Assembly: GCA_963849325.1 (NCBI GenBank)
Contig: CAWKHF010000005.1
Coordinates: 352,001-416,000, forward strand
Source of the DNA: an uncultured Planctomycetota bacterium
GTDB lineage: Bacteria; Planctomycetota; Planctomycetia; Gemmatales; Gemmataceae
Direction of reading: 5' to 3'
Length of the DNA: 64,000 nt
Position 1 is the stretch's first letter. Each line of letters starts with the position of its first letter. Of the stretch, positions 10,460 through 20,349 are shown one piece after another. Under the pieces are notes generated by a model. That model was given only the letters and a program-made list of their open reading frames with translations. It ran no database searches and had not been told where the DNA came from. The position numbers were made by a program, and so were the translations under genes.

Positions 10460-12484
10460 ATGTTGTCTACCGCGATCCGCCTGTACCGATGGTTCTCCGC
10501 ACCCGGCCAGACGAGGAGCCTTCGCCGCCATCCGCACTTCTTCTGTCCCAGGCTCGAAATCCTGGAAGATCGGCTGGTCCCCGATGCGATGACGTTTGTG
10601 AATCCGATTACAGGTCTTCCCAGCGTTGGGTCCTACACGGTGCTCGGGAACTGGACCGATCTGGGCCTTCTAGGAGGGCCTGGGCCCGCGAAGGCATTGC
10701 CTGGTGCCAACGACACGGCGGACATCCCCGTCGGAGCGAGTTGCACCCTTAGCAGTCTCAACGAACAGGGTCTCGCCGGCTTGACCGTGGAAGGCAGCAT
10801 GGCCGTTGCCTCGCCCCTGAGCGTCAGCGGCAACGCCACCATCTCGGGCAGCGCCGCCATGACCGTCTCCTCGCAACTGAGCGTCAGCGGCACCACCTCC
10901 CTCACCGGCAGCGCCACCCTGCTCATCGGCAGTTCCAGCGATCCCAACGCCGAAGCCTCCCTCGACACCGACACCTTCGATATGGACAGCACCGCCACCG
11001 CTACCGTCGGCGGACCCAGCGGCGGCAGCAACGGCTCCATCGACGCCACCTTCGCCACCCTCGGCGATTTCGCCCTCCTCAACCTCGGCGACCCCGGCAC
11101 CGGACTGGGCGGCAACATGGACGTCTCCAACACCATGACCATGAACGGCGGCACCCTCATCGTCGGCGGCGCCGGCGGCAGCGGCTCCGTCCTCGACGTC
11201 TACACCCTCAACGCCGCTGGCTCCAACGCCACCACCGTCAACAGCGGCGGCGAGATCGATGTGAAGAACACGGCCCTCTTCGGCGGTCCCAGCACGGTCT
11301 ACGGCGAGATCAAGGCCGAGAACGGCGGCGCCTTCGATGGCGGCAGCGTCGTCCTGGGCGGCACCGGCACCGTCAGTGGCGCCAACGGCAAGCTCGTCGC
11401 CGAGATCAACGGCTCCTTCACTTTCTTCAACGGCTCGACCTGGACCATCGGCGCCGGCAATCCCGTCGGCAGCGCCCTCAACGACGGCCAGTTCTTCATC
11501 GGTGGCACGCTGAACGTGAACACCGCCCTCAACCCCGACGGCGACATCACCCTCGACTCCAGCGGACTCCTCGCCGGCAGCGGCAGCCTCGACGAGTGGC
11601 ACGATTTCACCTGGAACGGCGGCACCCTGTCCATAGCCGGCGGCACCACCATCGAGCCGTCCAGCGACTTCAAAATGATCAACGGCGGCACCCTGGCCAG
11701 CAATCTCACCAACATCAGCTCCTACACCGAATTGCAGGGCGGCAGCAGCTTGAACCTCACCAATGGCGCCATCTTCGACAACGCCTTCGGCACCACGGCC
11801 GTGTCCATTCCCAACATTGTCACCTATGGCGGCGGCACCTTCATCAACGATGCCAACGGCACCCTGGAGGTGCAGACGCCGCTCACGATTTTCAGCCCCT
11901 TCACCAACACCGGCACCCTGGACGTGTCCGGCGGCTCGTCGCTGACGCTGAGTCCCTCCAGCGGCGCGGACGAGTTGGATGGCACGCTCGACCTGGAGGG
12001 CGTCATGACGCTGCTGGGCACGTTCGTGTCGTCCAATGGGCTGATCGTCAATGGCAGCGAGGCGCTGCAGGTCGGCGATGACAGCGGCGACAGCGGCAGT
12101 CTGGCCTTATCGCAGGGCGCCAACATCTTCGGCCACGTGGAAGTGACCGGCAGCGGCACGCTGACCAGCGATGCCCAATTGAGCAATGAGGGTACGCTGA
12201 CGCTGGACCTGGGCGGTGTGAACAGCCTGGCCTCTTATCAGCAGGCTTCCTACGGGACGCTGGAGCTGCAGCAAGCGCCGTCGGCGTTCACGACGCTGTC
12301 GGTCACGGGCAGCGCGGCGTTGGCGGGCACGGTCGATCTGCAATACGTGGACGGTTACACGCCGTCGTCGGGGACCGCGTTCACGGTGGTGACGGCCGGC
12401 TCGATCGGCGGACATTTCGATGTCATTCCCGACGGCATGACGGCGACCTACAATCCCACCAACGTCATCCTCACTCAGAATTGA
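10460..12484 (+). CDS. Planctomycete extracellular Gly/Thr/Ser-rich beta-helix (autotransporter passenger-like) surface protein
   Basis: AAGGAGG RBS; PRLEILEDRLVP motif; repetitive GxLxV/GGTL strands; C-terminal L.VTGSAALAGTV..YTPSSGTAFTVVTAGSIGGHF cap. Confidence 0.8.
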   Translation: MLSTAIRLYRWFSAPGQTRSLRRHPHFFCPRLEILEDRLVPDAMTFVNPITGLPSVGSYTVLGNWTDLGLLGGPGPAKALPGANDTADIPVGASCTLSSLNEQGLAGLTVEGSMAVASPLSVSGNATISGSAAMTVSSQLSVSGTTSLTGSATLLIGSSSDPNAEASLDTDTFDMDSTATATVGGPSGGSNGSIDATFATLGDFALLNLGDPGTGLGGNMDVSNTMTMNGGTLIVGGAGGSGSVLDVYTLNAAGSNATTVNSGGEIDVKNTALFGGPSTVYGEIKAENGGAFDGGSVVLGGTGTVSGANGKLVAEINGSFTFFNGSTWTIGAGNPVGSALNDGQFFIGGTLNVNTALNPDGDITLDSSGLLAGSGSLDEWHDFTWNGGTLSIAGGTTIEPSSDFKMINGGTLASNLTNISSYTELQGGSSLNLTNGAIFDNAFGTTAVSIPNIVTYGGGTFINDANGTLEVQTPLTIFSPFTNTGTLDVSGGSSLTLSPSSGADELDGTLDLEGVMTLLGTFVSSNGLIVNGSEALQVGDDSGDSGSLALSQGANIFGHVEVTGSGTLTSDAQLSNEGTLTLDLGGVNSLASYQQASYGTLELQQAPSAFTTLSVTGSAALAGTVDLQYVDGYTPSSGTAFTVVTAGSIGGHFDVIPDGMTATYNPTNVILTQN

Positions 12485-12569
12485 GCTTCTATTCATCGGC
12501 GGGCGGGGTCGCGCCCGCGCCTCGACATTGCTCTGGACAGCGTTGCGCCGGCTGCGATAGGCTGCCAGG

Positions 12570-13325
12570 ATGTTCGCCGGCACGCACTCCGATTATCTCG
12601 TCGATCTCGACACCTTTCGCGGCCCGCTCGACCTGCTGCTCTACCTGGTCAAGCGCGACGAAGTGGACATCCGCGACATCTCCATCGCGCGCGTGGCCGA
12701 ACAATTCCAGACATACCTCGACGCCCTGCAGCTGATCGATGTGGAAGGGGCCGGCGATTTCCTCGTCATGGCGGCGACACTGCTGGAGATCAAGAGCAAG
12801 ATGCTGCTGCCGCGGCCGGAGGAGTCGGCCGAGCCGGAGGACGATCCGCGCCTGGAGCTGGTCAAACAGTTGGTGCAGTACAAGAAGTTCAAGGACGCCG
12901 CCGCCCTGTTGGAAGCACGGGCCGAGCAACAGAGCCAGCGTCTGCCGCGCCAGACCGCGCCGCCGCCGGCCGGCGCCGCGCCGCCGCCTCTGAAGCCGGT
13001 CGAGCTGTGGGACCTGGTCAGCGCCTTTGGCCGGCTCATGCGCGAGACGCTGGCGCTGCAACCGCAGACCATCGCCGTCGATCAGACGCCGCTGCACGTC
13101 CACATGGAAGACATCCTTCGGCTGTTGCGCGAGGCGAAGCGCCTGCCGTTCTCGGCCCTGTTCACGCCGCCGCACACGCGCGGCCGGCTCGTCGGCCTGT
13201 TCCTCGCCATCCTCGAATTGACCAAGACACGGCGGATCGTCCCGGAACAGTCCGATGCGTTCGGTGACATCTGGGTGTCAATGGCGGAGAATCAACCACA
13301 GATGAACACAGATGAACACGGATAA
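12570..13325 (+). CDS. scpA: Segregation and condensation protein A
   Basis: FRGPLDLLLYLV..VDIRDISI, FLVMAATLLEIKSKMLLP, FLAILEL..Q..FGDI. Confidence 0.95.
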   Translation: MFAGTHSDYLVDLDTFRGPLDLLLYLVKRDEVDIRDISIARVAEQFQTYLDALQLIDVEGAGDFLVMAATLLEIKSKMLLPRPEESAEPEDDPRLELVKQLVQYKKFKDAAALLEARAEQQSQRLPRQTAPPPAGAAPPPLKPVELWDLVSAFGRLMRETLALQPQTIAVDQTPLHVHMEDILRLLREAKRLPFSALFTPPHTRGRLVGLFLAILELTKTRRIVPEQSDAFGDIWVSMAENQPQMNTDEHG

Positions 13326-13399
13326 AGAAAAGACAAAAAAGATGAAGAAACGATAGAATTGTATTATCCGTGTTTATCTGTGTTCATCCGTGGTTGATT
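13290..13399. repeat. Inverted repeat of nonamer units (ACAC(A/G)GATG) between convergent scpA and rluA
   Basis: AATCAACCACAGATGAACACAGATGAACACGGATAA (13290-13325) pairs with 13364-13399 across an AT-rich spacer. Confidence 0.85.
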
Positions 13400-14100
13400 T
13401 CCATTCGCCCCACACGTCCGGCAGCGGGGCCGTCACCGTCAGCGGTTCGTAGCGGATCGGATGCAGAAACGTCAGACTGCGGGCGTGCAGGGCGATGATG
13501 CGATCGCGCGGCAGCTCGGCCGGCGGCCCGAACGGCAGACGCGAGCCGTACAGCACGTCGCCGCGCACCGGCCAGCCGCGCACCGCCGCCTGCACGCGGA
13601 TCTGGTGCATCCGTCCCGTCTCCGGCTCGATCTCCAAGCAGCGCTCCATCCTCCCGCTCGCGCAAGCGCCGAAAGCGCAACACGGCCCGGCGGGCGCCCG
13701 GAGTGTCCGCCGACACGCGCTCGCTGCGGGACTCTTCCTTCACCTTCAAGAGCCAGTCCTCCCACGCGCCCTCGGTCGGCGGCGGAGCGCCGTCGGCCGA
13801 CAGCTCGACCACGGCCCAGTAGACCTTGCGCACCTGGCGATTTTGAAACTGTTCCGCCAGTCGCCGCGCCGCCTTGGTGTTGCGCGCGAACACGACCACG
13901 CCGGAGACCGGCCGATCGAGACGGTGCGGGATGCCGAGGTAGACGTTGCCGGCCTTGTGATAGCGTTCCTTGAGGTAGGACTTGACCATCGCCTCCAGCG
14001 TCGGAATGCCGGGCGGCACTCCCTGCGTCAACAGCGGCGCCGGCTTGGCCACCGCCAGGCAATGGTTGTCCTCGAACAGGATGTGCAGCGGGTCGGACAC
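13374..14100 (-). CDS. RluA-family pseudouridine synthase (frameshift about 13650)
   Basis: ILFEDNHCLAVAKP, HRLDRPVSG, KVYWAVV, then TGRMHQIRVQ..GDVLYG..LHARSLTFLHP in a second frame. Confidence 0.9.
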
Positions 14101-14150
14101 GGGATGCTCTGGCGACTCCGCTGCGCAGTCGCGGCGAAACGGGATTGCGG

Positions 14151-15551
14151 TTACGCATTCCCCATCGGCGGCAGCACGGCGGCGGCGTCCGTTTTGTCGA
14201 TCTCCTTCTTGAGGTGCTCGACCGCCTTTTCCAGCACGCGATCGACGAACGGCTTCTTGTCCTTGCCGTCCTTCTTGTTCGCCGCGACCGGCTTCGGCTT
14301 GCCGCGGACGATGTCGCGCTCGGTGCGGTAAATCATGTACTCCAGCCGCTCCTCGTCCTTCATCGACACCTCGAAGCCGGCGTCCGGCTTGACGCCCCAG
14401 TCGTCGGTCTCCTTGCTGTCGGGGAAGCGGTGGATGTTCTTGCCGCTGGGCCGCCAGTAGCTGGCCGTCGTCAGCTTCAAGGCGCTGCGGTCGTCGCCCT
14501 CGTGCATCTCGATGATGTTCTGCACGCTGCCCTTGCCGTAGCTGCGTTCGCCGACGACCACCGCCCGCTTGTGGTCCTGCAGCGCCGCCGACAAGATCTC
14601 GCTGGCGCTGGCGCTGTACTTGTTGACCAGCACCGCCATCGGATACTTCTCGGCCGGCAGCAGCAGCGTGCCGTCGGCCTTGGCGTCGTAAACCTCTTCC
14701 TTGTGGTTGCGGCCCTTGGTGCTGACGATACGGCCCTCGCTGAGAAACAGATCGCTGATCTCGACCGCCGCCTTGAGCAGACCGCCGGGATTGTTGCGCA
14801 GGTCGATCACCAGGCCGCGGATGCCCTCATGCTGCAATTCCTCGATGGCGTCGCGCATCTCCTTGGCCGCCGTCTTGCTGAAGTTGGTCAGACGGATGTA
14901 GCCGATCTTGCTGTCCTTGTCGAGCACGAAGTCCCAGACCTTGGGAGCGTCGGCCTTGCGGCGGTCGCCGAGCACGCTGGGCACGACGATGATGGCCCGC
15001 GTGATGGCCACGTCCACCGGCTCCTTGGTGCCTTCGTGCAATACCGTCAGCGTCACCGCTTGCCCCGGCTCGCCCTGGATCAGATCGACGGCCTCGCTCA
15101 TGCGCAGGTTGTCGGTCGATTTGCCGTCGATTTTGAGAATGAGGTCGCCGGCCAGGATGCCGGCCTCGTAAGCCGGCGTGCCCGGCATGGGACTGATGAC
15201 GGTCAGCTGACCGCGGTTCTGACGGTCGAAGCCGACCTGGATGCCGACGCCGCCGAACTTGCCCTCGCTGGTCTTCTCGAACTGCTTGTACTCGCGCGGC
15301 GGGATGTAGGCCGAGTGCGGGTCGAGCCGCTCCAGGCCGCCGTTAATCATGTCCTCGACCAGCTTGCGCTCGCGCGAAGCGTCGATGTCCACGACGTAGC
15401 GCTGCCGAACTTCGTGCAGCACGTCCACCACCAGGCGGACCAGCTCGTAATCCTTGTCCTTCTCGCGCGTCGGGGCGCTGTAGGAGACGGTCAGTCCCAG
15501 CAGCGATACCCCGGCGATGCCCAGCAACCAGCCCAGGTTTCGACGCGACAT
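14151..15551 (-). CDS. S41 family C-terminal processing peptidase (CtpA/Prc-like, PDZ)
   Basis: LDPHSAY, FGGVGI, DLRNNPGG, SASASEI, SYGKGSVQ, KLTTASY; N-terminal signal/anchor. Confidence 0.95.
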   Translation of the reverse strand: MSRRNLGWLLGIAGVSLLGLTVSYSAPTREKDKDYELVRLVVDVLHEVRQRYVVDIDASRERKLVEDMINGGLERLDPHSAYIPPREYKQFEKTSEGKFGGVGIQVGFDRQNRGQLTVISPMPGTPAYEAGILAGDLILKIDGKSTDNLRMSEAVDLIQGEPGQAVTLTVLHEGTKEPVDVAITRAIIVVPSVLGDRRKADAPKVWDFVLDKDSKIGYIRLTNFSKTAAKEMRDAIEELQHEGIRGLVIDLRNNPGGLLKAAVEISDLFLSEGRIVSTKGRNHKEEVYDAKADGTLLLPAEKYPMAVLVNKYSASASEILSAALQDHKRAVVVGERSYGKGSVQNIIEMHEGDDRSALKLTTASYWRPSGKNIHRFPDSKETDDWGVKPDAGFEVSMKDEERLEYMIYRTERDIVRGKPKPVAANKKDGKDKKPFVDRVLEKAVEHLKKEIDKTDAAAVLPPMGNA

Positions 15552-15918
15552 GTTCGAGCAGTCCTCCGGCAAGACGAGACACCGCTGGCGGCTTGGCGTC
15601 AAACCGCTGGCGTCAACCTCCGGATTATACTGGGCGGCCCGCTGTCAAGCGAGGGGAGAAAAAGACCGCCCTCCGGCCCGCATTTCGCCTCGTCAAAACC
15701 TCATTTCTCCTGCGGCCCAGGTCCGCAGGTCCGTTTGCGCCGATAGTATCGTTAAAAATTGTGCATTCTGCCGAAATATCCCAGATTGCCTTTGACGCCG
15801 GGCCATTCGCTTCTTATGGTCTAAGCAGGAACAGATCGGTTTTGCCGAGAAGGCACAGATTGCCTCTCCGGGCGGCTGGAGAGGTCCGCACGATTCTTTC
15901 AGTGAGGAGGTTCCGGGC

Positions 15919-16848
15919 ATGTACAGTCTCGTTCTGGCCACCATGTTGACGGCGGGCGGCGCCGCTCCGGACTTCGGCCACGGTTGCCACGGTTGCCACG
16001 GTTGTTACGGCTGCTGTGGCGGCTGCTATGGCTGCTATGGCTGTTGCGGCGGTTGCTACGGTTGTTACGGCTGTTGTGGTGGCTGCTACGGCTGCTGGGG
16101 TGGCTGCTGGGGCAGTTGCTACGGTTGCTGCGGCGGTTGCTATGGCTGCTGGGGTGGCTGCTGGGGTAGCTGCTATGGCTGCTGCGGCGGTTGCTACGGT
16201 TGCTGGGGCTGCTACGGTTGCTGCGGCGGCTACAGCGTCGCGGTCGCTCCCGTCGTCGGGATGCCGGTCGCGCCGACCGCGCCGGCCGCGCCGGAGAAGA
16301 CGCTGCCCTCCACGCCGAAGAAGACCTCTGTCTCCCTGGGCAATACGGCGGCCGTGGTCCTCAAGGCCCCCACGGACGTACAGCTGTCGATCGACGGCCG
16401 GGCCATCGCCCGCACGTCGGCCGAGGAAACCTTCCGCACGCCGGAGCTGGAGCCGGGCTACTCGTACACCTACGTGTTCAAGGCCGAGTTCGTCCGCGAT
16501 GGCCGGCCGGTCGCGCTGACCAAGGAGGTCCACGTGCGGGCCGGAAAGACCTCCGAGGCGGACTTCACCAAGCTGACCACGGTGAGCAAGGAGGTGGCGC
16601 GCGTCACGGTCAAACTTCCCGCCGACGCCCGCCTGTACGTCGATGGCGTACCCTGCCCCTTGACGTCGGCGACGCGGTCGTTCAACACGCCGGAGCTGGA
16701 GACCGGCCGCAGTTACTATTACACGCTCAAGGCCGAGTTCGTCCGCGACGGCGCGCCGCACACTCTCAGCAAGCGCGTGACCGTCGAGGCCGGCAAACAG
16801 GTGACGGTCGAGTTCAAGGAGGAGGCGGTACAGGCCGTCAGCCGCTAA
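15919..16848 (+). CDS. TIGR03000 domain protein (two domains) with Cys/Gly-rich repeat N-terminus
   Basis: [10 protein letters not shown] leader; [12 protein letters not shown] repeats; two [27 protein letters not shown] domains. Confidence 0.9.
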   Translation: MYSLVLATMLTAGGAAPDFGHGCHGCHGCYGCCGGCYGCYGCCGGCYGCYGCCGGCYGCWGGCWGSCYGCCGGCYGCWGGCWGSCYGCCGGCYGCWGCYGCCGGYSVAVAPVVGMPVAPTAPAAPEKTLPSTPKKTSVSLGNTAAVVLKAPTDVQLSIDGRAIARTSAEETFRTPELEPGYSYTYVFKAEFVRDGRPVALTKEVHVRAGKTSEADFTKLTTVSKEVARVTVKLPADARLYVDGVPCPLTSATRSFNTPELETGRSYYYTLKAEFVRDGAPHTLSKRVTVEAGKQVTVEFKEEAVQAVSR

Positions 16849-16951
16849 TCCACCGTTCCCGCATGACGACCCCGTTTCGCGGCGGTTCCCAGGACCGCGC
16901 GACCCTGTGAGCCGCCGCGAAACCAAAGCCACTTCTACGCCGATTGCACTG

Positions 16952-17001
16952 CAAGCAAAGGGGCCGTCTCCGCCAGCTAGCGGGAACGGCCCCTTTGCTT
17001 G
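16952..17001. terminator. Hairpin, probable bidirectional terminator between convergent genes
   Basis: CAAGCAAAGGGGCCGT...ACGGCCCCTTTGCTTG followed by T-rich sequence. Confidence 0.6.
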
Positions 17002-17030
17002 TTCTTCTCTCTCGATTGGAGCTGAACGAT

Positions 17031-17228
17031 TCAGTTGGGAGACGGGACGGTCGCAGTCTGAGTGCCTTCCTGGTCCCTCTGTCTGGACTCGTCGCGGCCG
17101 AACAAGACCTCACCCTTGTCGTCGATCACTCCCCCGGCGATCAGTTGCCGGAACTGCTCTTCGGGTGGCAACGCGCCGAATTCCGCCAGTGCTTTGCGGG
17201 TTCGTTCCACCATTTCGCGCTTCGTCAT
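17031..17228 (-). CDS. Small hypothetical protein
   Basis: AAGGAGG RBS before ATG 17228 (MTKREMVERTRKALAEF..). Confidence 0.5.
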   Translation of the reverse strand: MTKREMVERTRKALAEFGALPPEEQFRQLIAGGVIDDKGEVLFGRDESRQRDQEGTQTATVPSPN

Positions 17229-17275
17229 GTCACCCTCCTTGCGGTCCATCGCCATGCAATGGGGCGTTCCGCGGA

Positions 17276-19156
17276 TCAGCTGGATCGTCGCCAGGCACTG
17301 CCGGCGGCATCGCTAGGAACGGCGCGCCCTTCGCGCTGGAGTTTGTGCAGACCGGCCAGCACCTGCATCTCGGCGTAGCGCATCAACTCCGCTGGCAAAC
17401 CGCGATACATCGCCACGGCCAGCTCCGGCACCGTTTGCGGTTCCGCACCCAGGAATTGCAACAATTGCTCCTCGCGCTCACGGCGATGGGCCAGCGATTG
17501 CTCGATGACGAAGGCCGGCCGGGCGCTGGGCGAACCGTGCGCCGGTAGCAATAGCCGGGCCGGAAACGTTTGCAAGCGCCGCAGTGAATCGAGATACACG
17601 GACAGGTCGCCCTCCGGCGGCGGCGGAATGAGCACCGACGACAGCATCGAGATCATGTCACCGACGAACAATAAGCGATAACGCGGCTCGTAAAAGGCGA
17701 GATGTCCCGGCGCGTGGCCGGGCGTATGCACCGCCTGCAAGTGCCAGCGGCCCGCGCCGTCGGGCGCCGGTCCCAGGTCGAGACCATCGCCGTCGTTCAG
17801 ATAGCGATGCACCTCGACACGCCCGCGCAGCGCCTCCGCCGTCAGCGGATGAGCGAGGATCGGCACTCCGTAGCGGCGGGCGCAGGCGTTCGCCGCGCCG
17901 ACGTGGTCGGGATGATGGTGCGTGAGGACCACGCCGGCCGGACGCCGGTCGCCGAGCACGGCGAAGAGCCGTTCCTGTTCGGCGGGGTCGGCCGCGCCGG
18001 GATCGAGCAAGTAGGCCGGGTCGGTGCCGACGAGGTAAGCGTTGGTGTGCGTGCTCGGTGGCAGGCCGTGCGAGAACAACGGGACCATCTGCACGGCCGG
18101 GCTGAACCAGATCGGCGCATGCGGCGGAGCGTGAAACCGTCCGGGCAACTCCTCGACGGGCCGGCCGCGGATCGCCTCCAGCAGAGAGATGGTCGGCGGT
18201 GACACCAAGATGTCACCGGAAGTCCAGTCGGCCAGGACGCGCTCGGCGCTGCGCCAGGATCCCTCGGTCAGCTCGCCGGACCAGACCTCGGCCGTCTGTC
18301 CGGGGGGCAGCACGGCGACGAAAAAGGCGGTGTCGAAGCGGATCGGCGAAAACGACGGCGTCACGAGGGAGCCGGCGAAGGCCAGGTCGTCCGGCCGCAG
18401 GTGCAACTCGCGCTCGGCCAGCAGGTCGTTGAAGGAGATTTGCTCCGCCATCAGTTCGCGGCGCAGGCGGATCAGTTCGTCGGGCGGCGGGTAGGAACCG
18501 CGCTCGTCGCGGGCCAGGAGGATGCCGATCTCCTCGAACAGCTCGCGGACGGCGGCGACGTGCTGGGCGGTCAGGCCGGGCGTGTGCTGGGCAAGGGCGG
18601 CGTCGCTCCGATGGACCTTGCCGCCGGGGAAGGCGAGGAAGCCACCCAGGAAGCGCAGGGCAGCGGAGCGCGCGACGACAAAGACCTCGTCCGATCCCCG
18701 GCCGCGCGCGAGCAGCACGCTGGCCGCCTGGGGGATGGCGCTCGATTCGTCCTCGTCCTGGTCCTTGGCCTGGGGGTTGTCGCTGTCCGGGCCTTGCAGG
18801 CCGCGCTGGACGGCTTCGAGCAGGCGCTCCATGGCGAACGGCTTACGGATGTAGTCGATGACGCCGAGGTATTCGGCGTAGGCCTTGTGCCGGCTGCCCT
18901 CGTTGGCCGTAATCATGATGATCGGCGGCGCATCGGGCTTGTTCTTAAAGTGCTCCAGCACCGGATAGCCGCCCATGCGCGGCATCATCATGTCGAGGAT
19001 GACGAGGTCGGGCCGCTGCTGATACACCATCTGTTTGCCGTGCTGGCCGTCGCGGGCCTGGATGACGCGAAAGCCCTGCCGTTCCAGCACCACGCGCAGG
19101 CCGTCGCTCAGCTCGACGTCGTCGTCCACAATGAGGATCGTTTTGGGGTTCGCCAT
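17276..19156 (-). CDS. Response regulator receiver read through into NUDIX + metallo-beta-lactamase-fold hydrolase (probably two genes)
   Basis: REC: ILIVDDD..ILDMMMP..ITA..KP. NUDIX: FPGG..AVRELFEEIG. MBL: THHHPDH, HTPGHAPGH, GD, PAHG. Confidence 0.85.
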   Translation of the reverse strand: MANPKTILIVDDDVELSDGLRVVLERQGFRVIQARDGQHGKQMVYQQRPDLVILDMMMPRMGGYPVLEHFKNKPDAPPIIMITANEGSRHKAYAEYLGVIDYIRKPFAMERLLEAVQRGLQGPDSDNPQAKDQDEDESSAIPQAASVLLARGRGSDEVFVVARSAALRFLGGFLAFPGGKVHRSDAALAQHTPGLTAQHVAAVRELFEEIGILLARDERGSYPPPDELIRLRRELMAEQISFNDLLAERELHLRPDDLAFAGSLVTPSFSPIRFDTAFFVAVLPPGQTAEVWSGELTEGSWRSAERVLADWTSGDILVSPPTISLLEAIRGRPVEELPGRFHAPPHAPIWFSPAVQMVPLFSHGLPPSTHTNAYLVGTDPAYLLDPGAADPAEQERLFAVLGDRRPAGVVLTHHHPDHVGAANACARRYGVPILAHPLTAEALRGRVEVHRYLNDGDGLDLGPAPDGAGRWHLQAVHTPGHAPGHLAFYEPRYRLLFVGDMISMLSSVLIPPPPEGDLSVYLDSLRRLQTFPARLLLPAHGSPSARPAFVIEQSLAHRREREEQLLQFLGAEPQTVPELAVAMYRGLPAELMRYAEMQVLAGLHKLQREGRAVPSDAAGSAWRRSS

Positions 19157-19270
19157 GAGATAATCCTTCCGTCAAGCGCGCACCGCGGATGAATCCGCCG
19201 GGCAGGAGTTTGAATCATACCAGCCCGCCGCGCCTGCCACAAGAAAGAAGCGACCAGCCGCGAACTCTCT

Positions 19271-19323
19271 CCGAGCCTGAAGCGTAAGCGAAGGGAATTC
19301 CTTCGCTTACGCTTCAGACTCCG
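19271..19323. repeat. REP-like palindrome (AGCC.GAAGCG.AAGCG family)
   Basis: GAGCCTGAAGCGTAAGCGAAGG-N5-CCTTCGCTTACGCTTCAGACTC. Confidence 0.8.
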
Positions 19324-19349
19324 AAAGAGGGTCGCGGCTCGGTAGGCCC

Positions 19350-20325
19350 TCAATAATCCGTGCGCGCAAAGCGCCGGGCGGATAGGACCAGGACGAGGAC
19401 GGTGAAGACGAGAGAAGTCAGGATCGACGCGGCCAGGTGGACACCGCCATCGCGCAGGGCGCTGTAATCGAGCAGCCGGCCGAAGTAGTGGTCGGCGCGT
19501 AGCAGGTCGAAGAGCAGCCAGCTCAGGTCGGCCGGCTTGGGCAGCAGCCAGTAAGCGATCGACAGGCCGGCCGAGGTCTCGCCGGCCGAGGCGGCGTGCC
19601 AGCCGTGGTTGACGCACCAGCACAGCATCCAGAACAACAGCGAACCGGCCAGGCAGACCGTCGTGCTGCGCAGTGTACACGGCCAGCCAGGCGGACAGGC
19701 CGAAGAAGACGGCGAAGTGCAACAGCAGTACCGGCAGGCACAGCAGGTACAACGGCGCCCAGACGCCGGTCGCCAATCCCAGCGCCAGCCAGGTGCCGGC
19801 CACGAACAGGCACGCTTGCAAGGTCAGGAAGGCCAGCACGCCGAGATACTGGCCGGCCAGCAAGACGCCGCGCGGCGTCGGCTTGGTCAGCAGCACCGCC
19901 GACCGCGCCGGGTCGAGGAAGCTCGGCAGAAAACCCGCCGTCCAGATCAGCGCCAGCAGCACGCCGGCGGTATCGGCCACGAAGCCGGCCAGCAACAGCT
20001 GCACGAAGATAATGGCGTCCTCGGGATAGTGGCGGTAGTGAACGCGGACCAGGCCAAACAGGAAGCTCACCTCGCTGGAGGCCACGTCCACGCCCTCGGC
20101 GCGCGGCGAGGCCAGCCGCTGCGCCTCCTCCAGCGGCAGGCGCATGCGCGCCTCGCCGCGCTCGACCGGCAAGGGCGGCTCGCCCGAGATGCGTATGCCC
20201 AGGCAGAACACCACGCAGACACCCGTCACCAGCGACGTCGCCGCGAACAGGCGCGACGACACCGCCTCACGGAACGTCGTGTACACGACCCAGCCGATTA
20301 GCCGCAGTAACGTGGGGGAGTTCAT
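19350..20325 (-). CDS. ABC-2-type transporter permease (frameshift about 19670)
   Basis: Hydrophobic; TFREAV, FLPSFLDP..VLLTKPTPR..LLAGQYLG; paralog of 25303..26218. Confidence 0.8.
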
Positions 20326-20349
20326 GCGTTTCTGTCTCCAGGGGATGCG

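Noticed and set aside
14145-15746. Long antisense ORFs (also 2086-3297, 20368-22137, 27125-28492, 54730-56265)
   Set aside because: These are shadow frames of well-supported genes in high-GC DNA.
18725-18765. Novel REC-NUDIX-MBL fusion protein (626 aa)
   Set aside because: The junction reads GAC GAA TCG AGC GCC. Removing one C gives GAATGAGCGCC, a standard ATGA stop/start overlap. Given the indel rate here, two genes are more likely.
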